A DNA stretch of 64,000 nucleotides from Spirochaetota bacterium. Lineage in GTDB: Bacteria > Spirochaetota > UBA4802 > UBA5550. The stretch covers positions 81,335 through 145,334 of the forward strand of contig JBNKTL010000004.1 in the NCBI GenBank assembly GCA_050298055.1, read 5' to 3'. The notes under the pieces are model-generated. The model had not been told where the DNA came from and did no database searches. It saw nothing but the letters and a program-made list of their open reading frames with translations. The position numbers and the translations under genes are program-made. Below are positions 29,518 through 39,337 of this stretch, in pieces (position 1 is the stretch's first letter; every line of letters begins with the position of its first letter).

Positions 29518-31125
29518 TTACCATTTTTTCTTTAAACCGAAGGAGAGGTTATACCCGGATTCACCGGTTGAGAAGAGATAATCCTTCCCGTAACTGATAT
29601 AAACTTCAAACTGATCGAGGACTATGATCCTCAACACCGGACCCGCAACAATACCCGCTTGTCTTCCCGTAAGATCATAACCTGATCCCTTGAAAAGAGT
29701 CCCGTCAAGATACAATCCCATATAGACATATTCTCTGAGTATGGATGTCCGCAGTTCGTTTGCCACTGACCCGATATTCCGTGAATAATAGGACCTGTTC
29801 ATGAAACCTTTAAAACTCCCTGAGCTTACGGCTTTTTCATGATAAAAAGGAACGTCACCCCATAACCTGTTGTATTCGGGCACAACCTGGTAAATTGTCT
29901 TTCCGGGCAGCCTGAATTCCGATTCTCCCATAATTTTTATTTCATGAAATATTCTGTTCCGGTAATAGTAGCTGTATGTTGCCTGAAGTTTCTGACTTGA
30001 AGGTTTCAGGTAATCAAAGGGAGTTCTGCTTAAAACCATCCCCAGTTCCATAAAGGGTATTTTCTGCACTCCTTCTTCAATAATAACCTGGCCGGTCCTC
30101 TCTTCGTCGTATGAACTGTCAAACTGAATATTATGCTCAATGCCAGAGCCCGTAAATAACTCAAATCTTTTCAACAGAGTGATTCCCGGGGCAAATACGG
30201 ATCGTATCAGCCAGTAATCATAGGTAAGAATTCCCAGGTCATCCCGTGATGATTTTGATCTGTATATATTGCTGTACATATGTGGTGTAAAGATTTTCCG
30301 GAATAGAGGGGAAAAATAGTAACTTACATCAACCTGGAAGAACTTCATATGGGGCGGGTTTTTAAATTCTCTGTCAAGGCCGTACATTATTCCCGCGGAG
30401 GTGCCTGCTTTAAACCTGTCATCAGGGGCGAATAAACCATAATTGTAATAGCTTACTCCCGGGATCAGTCCATTGGTGTAACTGGAACGGAGGTGATAAT
30501 CCACATATCCTTTTTTCCTTTTCTCCCGTGAAGTTTTTTTGCCGGAAATATAAAATTCAAGGTGGAACCGGTTCCCGTATTTGCTGAAAAACGGCAGCTG
30601 GGTTTCTCCGATAACGGGCAGGTTGAGTTTTCTATCGAGCTGAAAGTAGGATTTATCATAACTTTCCGATGGAATTAACCTGTAGCTAACTTCCGGGAAA
30701 TTTTCTTTCTTTTTGATTTCACGGACGATTCTTTCCACCCTTTTAATATTGAAAACATCTTCCTTCAGCCTGTACCTGTATTTTAACTTCAGTGTTTTCA
30801 GGGTATCAATATTGAGAAAAACGATCCTTCCAAGATTTCCTTCATCTATATAGAGTGACAGTTTTTCCCTGTTATTTTCTCTCACGTAAATTTTTACAAT
30901 TGTGTAGCCCCGGGAAATATAAAATTTCCTTATTTTCCTGATGATCTCTTGCGCGGGTAAACCGGTGAGAGGTCTTTCGGGAAGGGAAAGTGTCTTAATA
31001 ATTTCATTATCCCTGAATATCTTCATCCCGGTTAATAACAGGGATCTTTCTGCCGTATATGCTTCAATGGCGGTAGATGTAAATACAAGGAGAAGGAAAA
31101 TCTTTAACAGGTTTCTCTTAATCAT
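29518..31125 (-). CDS. Outer-membrane protein with POTRA-like N-terminus and beta-barrel (Omp85/TpsB superfamily-like)
   Basis: Signal peptide; IRKFYISRGY...LSLYIDEG (POTRA-like); amphipathic strands; C-terminal YNLSFGLKKKW beta-signal. Confidence 0.7.
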   Translation of the reverse strand: MIKRNLLKIFLLLVFTSTAIEAYTAERSLLLTGMKIFRDNEIIKTLSLPERPLTGLPAQEIIRKIRKFYISRGYTIVKIYVRENNREKLSLYIDEGNLGRIVFLNIDTLKTLKLKYRYRLKEDVFNIKRVERIVREIKKKENFPEVSYRLIPSESYDKSYFQLDRKLNLPVIGETQLPFFSKYGNRFHLEFYISGKKTSREKRKKGYVDYHLRSSYTNGLIPGVSYYNYGLFAPDDRFKAGTSAGIMYGLDREFKNPPHMKFFQVDVSYYFSPLFRKIFTPHMYSNIYRSKSSRDDLGILTYDYWLIRSVFAPGITLLKRFELFTGSGIEHNIQFDSSYDEERTGQVIIEEGVQKIPFMELGMVLSRTPFDYLKPSSQKLQATYSYYYRNRIFHEIKIMGESEFRLPGKTIYQVVPEYNRLWGDVPFYHEKAVSSGSFKGFMNRSYYSRNIGSVANELRTSILREYVYMGLYLDGTLFKGSGYDLTGRQAGIVAGPVLRIIVLDQFEVYISYGKDYLFSTGESGYNLSFGLKKKW

Positions 31126-31237
31126 AGCGAGGGTTATCAGTTTAATATCTGCTCGTCAAGCCGAACATAATCTAAATAATTGCAATACCCGGGGTATCCT
31201 GATAACTTTGTATTTAAAATGGTAGTACGAAGATATT

Positions 31238-31531
31238 TTATGAACAGTAATTGGTTTTAATTGTTTTCATTAATGTTGTGATTTGTTCATCCTTCAGGGA
31301 ATAAAACATGAAGTTGGCTTCTTTTCTTCGGCTGATGATATCCGCTTTTCTGAGAACAGTAAGATGTTGAGAGATATTGGAAATTGTTGATCCAAACTGT
31401 GTCTCAATTTCTCCAACATTCTTTTCTCCTTCCATGAGATAGCAGAGAATTTTCAACCGTATAGGATGAGCCATGGATTTTAACATTTCTGAAATTGTGT
31501 CAATCTGTGTATCTGAGAATATGATATTCAT
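31238..31531 (-). CDS. ArsR/SmtB family regulator (BigR/HlyU-like)
   Basis: LKSMAHPIRLKILC...EKNVGEI...SNISQHLTVLR...C-terminal YC. Confidence 0.9.
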   Translation of the reverse strand: MNIIFSDTQIDTISEMLKSMAHPIRLKILCYLMEGEKNVGEIETQFGSTISNISQHLTVLRKADIISRRKEANFMFYSLKDEQITTLMKTIKTNYCS

Positions 31532-31634
31532 TTGCCGATAGTATTACATCTATTTTAGTATTTTTTTATATATTAAATTCCCTGTTGGATTTGTCAATTT
31601 ATTTTTAAATTTAAATGAGAGAAGACCTGTAAAA

Positions 31635-31949
31635 TTAAGCGGATTTTCTTTTAAATTCTGTTTTGGTATCCGGTGTGAAATATTCCATGATATTCAGCAA
31701 TATAAGGATTTTTTCAACTGTTAGGGAGATTCTCAGCAGAAGAATGTTCCCTCTTAATATGAGATGGTGTTTCGCATGTATTAAGAATCCCACAAATGAT
31801 GAGTGCATATTAATTGTCTGGGTGAGATCAAAAATGATATTTTTACCCGACATCTCCTTTTCAAACCTGTCACTGAAAGAGGAAACATCTTCAAACCTGA
31901 TATCTTCCGGAAACGTCCATGTTTCCCATGTATTAATATCTTTCTTCAA
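31635..31949 (-). CDS. STAS-domain / anti-sigma-factor antagonist-like protein
   Basis: NIIFDLTQTINMHSSFVGFLI resembles the STAS signature (ILDLS.V.xxDSSGLG). Confidence 0.7.
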   Translation of the reverse strand: MKKDINTWETWTFPEDIRFEDVSSFSDRFEKEMSGKNIIFDLTQTINMHSSFVGFLIHAKHHLILRGNILLLRISLTVEKILILLNIMEYFTPDTKTEFKRKSA

Positions 31950-32233
31950 TTTTTTGTCCCCTTTTAATCCCTTAATCGAGGTATTTGCTCTTTAACCGGA
32001 CGGGTGCCGGTATTATTATTTTCGTCCGGATTTTAATTATTATAAAGGAAAAAAGGCAGAGATCTGATATTTAATAATCTTACACTTTCCCCATATCTCC
32101 TTTCTTACACATCTTTCTTGTTCTCGGTGTCAGATTTGAATTCGGGACATACAGTTTTTTCATCGTAGTAAAATACTTGAAAAAAGCGGCATATTAGTTT
32201 TTTTTGTATTAAAAAAGATAAAGGTCAAAAACT

Positions 32234-33943
32234 GTGAAACTGGTTAAAGGAAATGATGAGAATATAAGGCATGTTAAAGCTGATTGGGACCACCTGAGAA
32301 AGCTCTTTATCATGCCCGACACATCGGATAAATTTATTGAGTTCGGACAGGACCTCCTTGATCTGATCCACAGCTTTTTTCAGGACAAAGGCGGTATCCA
32401 CAGTGCGATTTCAATACCTGAGCTCCAAAAACTCTTTTCCGATATCCATATACCCCAGAGCCCTCATCTCCTGAAGGATGTTTTGGGAGAAATCAAAAAT
32501 AAGATCATTGCGCATTCGGTAAAGGTTGGAAATCCCTATTACATCGGGCATATGACCAGTGCCATACCCTATTTTATGATACTCATACAGATGATCATTA
32601 CCGCACTGAACCAGAACCAGGTGAAAATAGAATCGGCAAAAGCATCTACTTTTGTCGAACGTGAATATATTTCATGGATGCACCGCCTGATATACAATAA
32701 AAGTGAGGATTTTTACAGGGAAAATATTCAGAATCATGAGGTCTCACTGGGCAACATCACCCTTGACGGTACTATGGCAAATCTCACTGCCATGCTTGTT
32801 GCGCGAAACAAGGCCTTCCCCCCTGAAGGGAGATTTCCCGGAATACGGAAAGCGGGACTCCATGAGGCATTCCGGTATTACAACTGTAAGAAGGCGGTCA
32901 TCCTGGTGTCCAGGAGAGGGCACTATTCATTTGACAAGATTGCCAGGATCATGGGGATAGGGGATGAAAACTGCATCAAAATCCATGTGGGGCAGAAGGA
33001 CAAGATCGATATACGGGAAGTGGAAAAAACCGTAAGTGATATTAAGAGAGCGAATAGTACCGGTGGCGGGAAGATAAAGATCATCTCCCTGGTGGGGATA
33101 GCGGGAACAACTGAGACAGGAAATATCGACAACCTTACCGAACTTGCAAACATTGCCGGAAAAAATGATATCTATTATCATGTGGATGCCGCGTGGGGCG
33201 GGGCCGTTCTCCTTGTTGACGATTTCAGATATCTGCTCAAGGGTATTGAAAGGGCCGATTCCGCCGCAATTGATGCGCACAAGCTTCTCTACTCTCCCGT
33301 TTCCATGGGAATGGTTTTCTTTAAAGATAAGCATGACCTCGTGAACCTCAAACACTCTTCCAATTATATCATCAGGACAGATTCTGTTGATCTGGGAAGG
33401 TTCTCCATAGAGGGGTCCCGGCCATTTTCTTCACTGGTACCCTGGACGGCCATGAAGATCCTTGGCAGGGACGGTTTCAAGATAATCTTTGAACATGCCT
33501 TTGAGCTGACATCTTCTCTCAGGGGGATTGTTGAAAGGCACTGCAATTTTGAGCCCATGAACCACCCGGAACTTTTCATATTCAACTACAGGTTTGTTCC
33601 CAAGGAGGTCTCTGAAAAACTGAATTCACTGATGCTGAAGCTGGGTGGAACAGACACGAAGAAGGACCCGGCAAACAGGGAGAGAATAAGAAAGATAAAC
33701 AGTGTCCTCAATGACCTGAACATAGACCTTCATAAAGCTGCCCGGGATGAGGACAACAGCTTTGTTTCCCGGACGACAATTGATTCTCCTCTCTATTTCT
33801 ACCAGAGAATTGTGATACTCAGGTCAGTGACAATAAATCCCCTGACCACCCCCCGAATACTCAAAGAGATCTTAAATGAGCAGGATAAGCTCGGCCTCAG
33901 GATCTATAACAGTGATTACCGGGACAGGTTTAATGAAATTTAG
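32234..33943 (+). CDS. panP: PLP-dependent aspartate 1-decarboxylase (PanP-like, group II decarboxylase)
   Basis: YIGHMTSAIPYF, LNQNQVKIESAKA, GTMANLTA, HYSF, VGIAGTTETG, HVDAAWGG, DAHK (PLP lysine), DLGRFSIEGSRP, FVSRT. Confidence 0.85.
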   Translation: MKLVKGNDENIRHVKADWDHLRKLFIMPDTSDKFIEFGQDLLDLIHSFFQDKGGIHSAISIPELQKLFSDIHIPQSPHLLKDVLGEIKNKIIAHSVKVGNPYYIGHMTSAIPYFMILIQMIITALNQNQVKIESAKASTFVEREYISWMHRLIYNKSEDFYRENIQNHEVSLGNITLDGTMANLTAMLVARNKAFPPEGRFPGIRKAGLHEAFRYYNCKKAVILVSRRGHYSFDKIARIMGIGDENCIKIHVGQKDKIDIREVEKTVSDIKRANSTGGGKIKIISLVGIAGTTETGNIDNLTELANIAGKNDIYYHVDAAWGGAVLLVDDFRYLLKGIERADSAAIDAHKLLYSPVSMGMVFFKDKHDLVNLKHSSNYIIRTDSVDLGRFSIEGSRPFSSLVPWTAMKILGRDGFKIIFEHAFELTSSLRGIVERHCNFEPMNHPELFIFNYRFVPKEVSEKLNSLMLKLGGTDTKKDPANRERIRKINSVLNDLNIDLHKAARDEDNSFVSRTTIDSPLYFYQRIVILRSVTINPLTTPRILKEILNEQDKLGLRIYNSDYRDRFNEI

Positions 33944-34997
33944 ACCTGCGGGACCATCTCTTCTTCTCTCCTTATTGCTGTCTTTTTCGGCAATCAATAT
34001 TTTTGGTCCCTCCGTTCTTTACGCGGGGGGGCATGATAAATGCAGATGTCCTTATTTTATCTTTTCAGAGGGAAACATTTCAACAGGAACGGGGAATGAA
34101 GAAAGGAAAGTTGAACTTTCGGGAGAGCTCCTGGCTTATGACTGTTCCGGGAAAAGCATCTACTATCTTACCGGGGCGGAGAGTGATGATCCAAATGATG
34201 CCGGTCCCGTTGAAAGAAGCTTTCATCTGGGCTTTTTTCAACCAGGAAATGAAGGGGAGGAGAGAAAATTCGCAGCAGAAATTAAGCTTCTGCACGCCAA
34301 AGGGGGTGCTTTTAAGGTTATTGCCCGGGGAGAAAATGTCTTTATACTCAATGGTTCCGGTATCCTCTACCATGTTAACTTAAACAGCATGGCTGTTTCA
34401 CAGCGAGAAGGGGTTTCTGACGCGGCACTGGCGGGCATGACCCTTGTTTTACTTAAAGAAGAGGGGCGTGTCCTGAATATAAACGGAAAACATCTTCCGC
34501 TGACAATTACGGGAAAGTCCAGGATTAAAAGTGTTGCCGATAACAGGCTTGTTTCACTGACAGATGGTGAGGAGACAGAGCTTGTGGATACGCTTACCGG
34601 TGAAAGTGTTTACCAGTATTCATCAGAGGGGACCTATCTGGTTTCCCCTGAGTACAACCTTATTATCTCAGCCCATGAGGAGGTCCCGGAGATCTCCCGG
34701 CCGGGGACCCGGCCCATGGTTTTTTACAAGGTCTTTATTGATGGTATTGAAACCGGCCGGACAGAAACAGGTATAAGCGGCGCGGAAAAGTTTCTCCGGA
34801 CACGTGTGACTCCCGGCGGGTATCACGTTGTAAGGCTTGAACGATGGGAACTGAAGAGAAACAGGTACCGGCGGTCAAACAACCTCTACCAGCCTGAAAG
34901 CTTAAGGATCTATCTGCCCCTGAAAAGAACAATAAAGCTTGAAGTGAAATATAACGGTTCACATTACAGCTTCAGTAAACGGGCTCTGAAAAAGTAA
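33933..34997 (+). CDS. Exported hypothetical protein (possible C-terminal PEGA-like domain)
   Basis: Signal peptide from MKFRPAG; FYKVFIDGIETGRT near the C-terminus; overlaps the panP stop. Confidence 0.6.
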   Translation: MKFRPAGPSLLLSLLLSFSAINIFGPSVLYAGGHDKCRCPYFIFSEGNISTGTGNEERKVELSGELLAYDCSGKSIYYLTGAESDDPNDAGPVERSFHLGFFQPGNEGEERKFAAEIKLLHAKGGAFKVIARGENVFILNGSGILYHVNLNSMAVSQREGVSDAALAGMTLVLLKEEGRVLNINGKHLPLTITGKSRIKSVADNRLVSLTDGEETELVDTLTGESVYQYSSEGTYLVSPEYNLIISAHEEVPEISRPGTRPMVFYKVFIDGIETGRTETGISGAEKFLRTRVTPGGYHVVRLERWELKRNRYRRSNNLYQPESLRIYLPLKRTIKLEVKYNGSHYSFSKRALKK

Positions 34998-35059
34998 TTT
35001 TATTTTACCCTATTGTCATTGACAAATGAGCTTTTACCCCTTATGTAAGGTCCAGGATT

Positions 35060-37222
35060 ATGAAAAAATCATTTATTATTCTCTCTGTCACATTATTGAT
35101 CCCAGTTGCCGGCTGCAAGCATGAACCGGTCAGGAAGGAGCCGTCCCCGGCATATAAGGACTCCCGCAGTAAAGTCCCCGGCTCAATGGAGGAAATCTCC
35201 CGCAAGGATTCCTCCGGTGAGAGAGAATCAACGGACCTTCCTGACATTCGGCTGGAAGATCTTACGGTAAAGGAGGAGAAGATAAGCTGGACTTCTCCGG
35301 TGAATATCGATTACCGGCAGTATGAGAAGGGAGCCCCCCTTCGCCTTGTTGTACAGAACAGTCATTCGGACCGGATTAACGACCTTGCGGTCAGTCCCGA
35401 CGGAAGGATCATTGTCACCGCCTCCTCGGACAGAAAAATCAAGATCTGGAGCATCGAGGGAACTCTCCTTAAAACCATGCAATACCCGGGTAAAAGGATC
35501 AGGAGGCTGATCATAACACCAGATGGCAGAAGGTTTGCCGCTTCTTTTAAAAACCGGCTGATGGTCTGGAGTATTGACGGCAGGGTCCTGAATACATTTG
35601 AAGGAAAGGATTATAATATCAGCGACATGAGCATCACCGGTGACGGGAAAAAAATTGTCACATGCACCGGTAAACGGTTTTTTGACATCAGGGACCGGGA
35701 CTTTAAACCGGTTAAAAGGAGAGAGACGGGCTCTGATATTGACAGGATTGCTGTAAGCCCTGACGGGAAGCTCATAGCAACGGGAGGCCCTGCCTACAGG
35801 ACCGGTGAAGGATGGCGGTCATATTCGGCGCTCTGGAACGGGGGCGGAAAGTTCATAATGGACCTTGATATCGAAGGGGCCGGTTTTGGCCCCAGGTTTA
35901 AAAAGAGTGAGAGCAAAAACTCAACCGGTGATATTAAATGGATCGTATTCAGCCCGGACAGCAGGTATGTTGCAACTGTGGGTGAACGGCACTATATCAA
36001 TATCAGAAAAACAGATGGAGAGCTTATTAAGAGTATTAAATTTACTTTTGCCAATAGTTGTTTCTTTTCCCATGACTCCCGTGAACTCATTACTTCAGGG
36101 TCTCACCATGTCAAGATATTCAGTTTTAACGGCAGGGAGAAGCTGTCAATATACATGAGGTCCGGGAAGGAGAGGGGGAACGTTGTCTCCTGTTTCGGCA
36201 TGACCCCCGACGGAAGAAGGTTCGTAACCGGGTTCAGCTATCCCGTGAAAGGCCTTGTCCGGATCTGGGGCAGGAAAGGAAGGATGACCGGTTCATTGGG
36301 AAAAAGGAGCAGGGAGTTTAAAAGGGTGCTGCTGGACCCCGGCTTCAGCAGGATAATCCTGGAACCGGACAGGAGGAAGAGCATATCCTTTGTCTGGGAC
36401 CTGAAGAACAATACCCTCAAAGAGCTGGATGAGAGAATAGGCTTTTACAATGACGGGACGGAATACTTCTACTATTACGGCCGTTACAATGCCTTCAACA
36501 TAAGGGGGAGCAGAGGGTCCGGTAAGTTTAAAACGAGTTATGGGGCGGGGATAATACCCCTTGCGGACGGCAGGTTTGCCAGGTGGAATCCCTCCTCCGG
36601 TGCCGTGATTATCCATGACCTGAAGGAGAATCCTCTCAGAAGGATTAAATACAGGCATTACAGCACCTCGGGTATCGGGGGGCCTTTTTCCTATGGGACT
36701 GAATTCAGTCCCGATGGAAAGTACTTTCTGCTGGAGGACTATACCAATCACGGAAAGATGAACTTTGTCTCATTGATTGATATGAATGGAAAAAAAATCC
36801 GGGAATTAAATGCCGAAACAAAACTGGCCACAGCTTCGGTGAGCTTCGACGGCAACTACATTGCCGCGGGGAATGAAGACGGAACGATCCGCATATGGTC
36901 ACGGAACGGAAAAGAAATAAGAAAGATTGAAAATGTCTCCGTTGAGATCGACAGCCTCTTCTTCAGCGGAGGGAACAGGTATCTTGCCTCAACCTCTCAA
37001 GACAGAATGATAAGGATCTGGAATATTAAAACAGGGAAATTTCTCACTATACAGCTTTTCAATGATAACAGGTGGATTGCCTGCGATGAATCTATGAGGT
37101 ATGATACTTCCCCCGGGGGGAGTGAATTTATCGCGTTTGTCAGGGGCCTGACTCCCTTTTCAGGGCCGGAGGTTGAAAAAAAATATAAAAGGCGCGGTCT
37201 GCTTACCCGCTTCTACAGATAA
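35060..37222 (+). CDS. WD40-repeat beta-propeller lipoprotein
   Basis: Lipobox VAGC; repeats such as HSDRINDLAVSPDGRIIVTASSDRKIKIW and FSGGNRYLASTSQDRMIRIW. Confidence 0.9.
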   Translation: MKKSFIILSVTLLIPVAGCKHEPVRKEPSPAYKDSRSKVPGSMEEISRKDSSGERESTDLPDIRLEDLTVKEEKISWTSPVNIDYRQYEKGAPLRLVVQNSHSDRINDLAVSPDGRIIVTASSDRKIKIWSIEGTLLKTMQYPGKRIRRLIITPDGRRFAASFKNRLMVWSIDGRVLNTFEGKDYNISDMSITGDGKKIVTCTGKRFFDIRDRDFKPVKRRETGSDIDRIAVSPDGKLIATGGPAYRTGEGWRSYSALWNGGGKFIMDLDIEGAGFGPRFKKSESKNSTGDIKWIVFSPDSRYVATVGERHYINIRKTDGELIKSIKFTFANSCFFSHDSRELITSGSHHVKIFSFNGREKLSIYMRSGKERGNVVSCFGMTPDGRRFVTGFSYPVKGLVRIWGRKGRMTGSLGKRSREFKRVLLDPGFSRIILEPDRRKSISFVWDLKNNTLKELDERIGFYNDGTEYFYYYGRYNAFNIRGSRGSGKFKTSYGAGIIPLADGRFARWNPSSGAVIIHDLKENPLRRIKYRHYSTSGIGGPFSYGTEFSPDGKYFLLEDYTNHGKMNFVSLIDMNGKKIRELNAETKLATASVSFDGNYIAAGNEDGTIRIWSRNGKEIRKIENVSVEIDSLFFSGGNRYLASTSQDRMIRIWNIKTGKFLTIQLFNDNRWIACDESMRYDTSPGGSEFIAFVRGLTPFSGPEVEKKYKRRGLLTRFYR

Positions 37223-37227
37223 AAAAA

Positions 37228-37254
37228 GCATTATCCCCTCACGGGGGATAATGC
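37228..37254. terminator. Intrinsic terminator between convergent genes
   Basis: GCATTATCCCC-TCACG-GGGGATAATGC stem preceded by an A-run (a U-tract on the minus strand, ending fcpA). Confidence 0.75.
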
Positions 37255-37309
37255 CTGTTCCAATCTATTGTTAAGGGGTAGATGTTTACTTAATTGAGTT
37301 AGCCGGCTG

Positions 37310-38197
37310 CTATTTGTAATCGTTGATCCTTTCACTCTTCTTCTCATCCAGCTCAATAACCTCCTGGAGGCTCTTGAAGTGAGGAGAATCAACTCCATAG
37401 ATCAGTTCAACAGCCTGGAGCATGCTTCTGTTCTTCTTATTCTTGTAGAGCATGATATCTTCCTCTGTTGCGTGTTTGTACTTTGTGAGTACTGCTTCCA
37501 TATACCCGTAGCAGCTTGCAAGGTATTTGTACGCCCATACGTCCTTCTTGTTTTTCTCAGAGAGAGTCAGGTATCTTTCAAGGATCGGGATGCACGGCTT
37601 GAAGTTATTCAGGTCGTAATTTGTGGATACATACATCTGGTAGAGCCGTGACTGGAAATTTATAAACCTGGCGTCCTTCTTTACTTCAACTGATTTTATG
37701 TCATCAAGATAGTAGATAGACTTGGTGAAGAAGGTTATTGCTTTCATCTTGGCTTCATACTTTTTCCTGGCAATAATTCGCTGTTCCTGGTTTTTCCTGT
37801 CAATCTCCTGCCAGTAGAACCTTTCGTTCAGGTGTTTTTTGCCCTTCTGTGCTGTTTTGATCTTAGATACCTCGTTCTCCATATCCTCCAGGATATCCAG
37901 GCCTGTTGAGTATTCGTCAATTGCCAGCCTTAAAAGGTTTTCAGAATACTCCTTGTTCAACTTCTGGAGTTCCCTGATGGCTTTCACATAGGGATGGAAG
38001 TCTGTAGTCCTCCAGCCGCCGGTATCCGAATCACCGCCCTTTGCCGGTTCTTTCACCGGGGTGGTCTTTTTATCACCGGCTGTTCCCTTCCCGGTACCGG
38101 TACCCTGGGCAGACAGTACTGTCTGAAACAGCAGTGAAAGGATAAAAGCACAGGCCAATCCTGTTGCATGGCTCTTCTTAAATATTGCAGATTTCAT
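37310..38197 (-). CDS. fcpA: Flagellar-coiling protein A homologue
   Basis: Colinear with Leptospira FcpA as recalled: W..xDF..Y, ERFYWQEIDRK, FTKSIYYLDDIK, YDLNNFKPCIPILERY, KYLASCY, ELIYGVDSP. Signal peptide; sigma28-type promoter upstream. Confidence 0.9.
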   Translation of the reverse strand: MKSAIFKKSHATGLACAFILSLLFQTVLSAQGTGTGKGTAGDKKTTPVKEPAKGGDSDTGGWRTTDFHPYVKAIRELQKLNKEYSENLLRLAIDEYSTGLDILEDMENEVSKIKTAQKGKKHLNERFYWQEIDRKNQEQRIIARKKYEAKMKAITFFTKSIYYLDDIKSVEVKKDARFINFQSRLYQMYVSTNYDLNNFKPCIPILERYLTLSEKNKKDVWAYKYLASCYGYMEAVLTKYKHATEEDIMLYKNKKNRSMLQAVELIYGVDSPHFKSLQEVIELDEKKSERINDYK

Positions 38198-38237
38198 AAA
38201 AAAACCCCTTTTATTCGCAGATAATTAATTGTTATTT

Positions 38238-38264
38238 TTATCGGCATATTTTGTTCAAAAATTA
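38238..38264 (-). promoter_or_regulatory. Sigma28 (FliA)-type promoter of fcpA
   Basis: Minus strand reads TAAT-N15-GCCGATAA against the consensus TAAA-N15-GCCGATAA, 40 nt upstream of the ATG. Confidence 0.8.
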
Positions 38265-38515
38265 AGGTATGAAATGAACAAATTTTCCAGTTCCCCTCGA
38301 TACAATTTGCCGCACTTTATAAAGAGCATAAAGCACCTTATTAATAAATCGGCAAATCACCCGGGGAACACAACTAGTGCTGAGCCCGTATGATTTTGCA
38401 TATTTATTTAAGTAATTACTAAAAATAATTTATAAAATTTACAGTATTATGGCAAATTATTAAAGCAATATTTGTTGACAGTTTTTACTACCGGATACCA
38501 TTTAAAACTCATATT

Positions 38516-39337
38516 ATGGACAAAACAGCGAAAAAAACAACAAAAATAACCTCTGAGAAGTACTGCGACTATTGTGACAGGACAGGTATCGTTTATACTT
38601 CGGGATTTGAGATGCTGGGAACAGTCCCCCTCTCCCCCTGCCCGAAGTGTGTTGACCCCAAATGTCAATGCGACAAGAAAGAACCCTACTACTATTACAA
38701 TGACGATGAAATTAAAGACTGTCACTGCAGGGAGACCCGGATCAGGATAGACAGGATAAACAGGATCTACGGCAGGTCCGGTATCGATAAAAAGTACAGG
38801 TGGAAGCGCTTCAACGACTTTGAGGCCGTGAGTAAGCTTACCAATGAAGCGAAGAATATGGCCTACGATATTGTCAGGAATTTCCCTGACGTAAAAAAGG
38901 GGCTCTTCCTCTGGGGAAACCCGGGGACAGGGAAAACACTCCTCTCGTCGATTATCCTCACTGAGCTGATAATCCGGCATGCCATAGAAGGTCGTTATAT
39001 CTCCATCTCCCGGTCATTTTTTAACAGGCTGAAAGCAACCTTCGTTGAGGGGTCCAGGACCTATGGGAAGTCCAGCGAGATAGAGAAGGAGCTGGAAGAT
39101 GTTGATATTCTTGTAGTGGATGATTTCGGTGTGCAGAGGGATTCGGAGTGGGAGCAGGAGACCCTCTACAACCTTGTGGACGCGCGGTACGAGGCCGAGA
39201 AGTTTACGATTTTTACGTCAAACGGCAATCCGCGGACCTCCTTCAAGGAACTCTCCCAGGGGAGGATACTCTCACGGATCAAGGAGATGAGCCGCATCAT
39301 GGAACTTACCGGTAAAGACTACAGGGAGAACCTGTAG
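38516..39337 (+). CDS. DnaC/IstB-like AAA+ ATPase with Cys-rich N-terminal (Zn-binding) region
   Basis: CDYC...CPKC...CQC...CHC; GLFLWGNPGTGKT (Walker A), ILVVDDFG (Walker B), LVDARY, TIFTSN, RILSRI. Confidence 0.88.
   Translation: MDKTAKKTTKITSEKYCDYCDRTGIVYTSGFEMLGTVPLSPCPKCVDPKCQCDKKEPYYYYNDDEIKDCHCRETRIRIDRINRIYGRSGIDKKYRWKRFNDFEAVSKLTNEAKNMAYDIVRNFPDVKKGLFLWGNPGTGKTLLSSIILTELIIRHAIEGRYISISRSFFNRLKATFVEGSRTYGKSSEIEKELEDVDILVVDDFGVQRDSEWEQETLYNLVDARYEAEKFTIFTSNGNPRTSFKELSQGRILSRIKEMSRIMELTGKDYRENL

Noticed and set aside
38516..39337. IS21 element or prophage replication module
   Set aside because: No istA, terminal repeats, initiator or phage genes nearby; the gene is coupled to folK.
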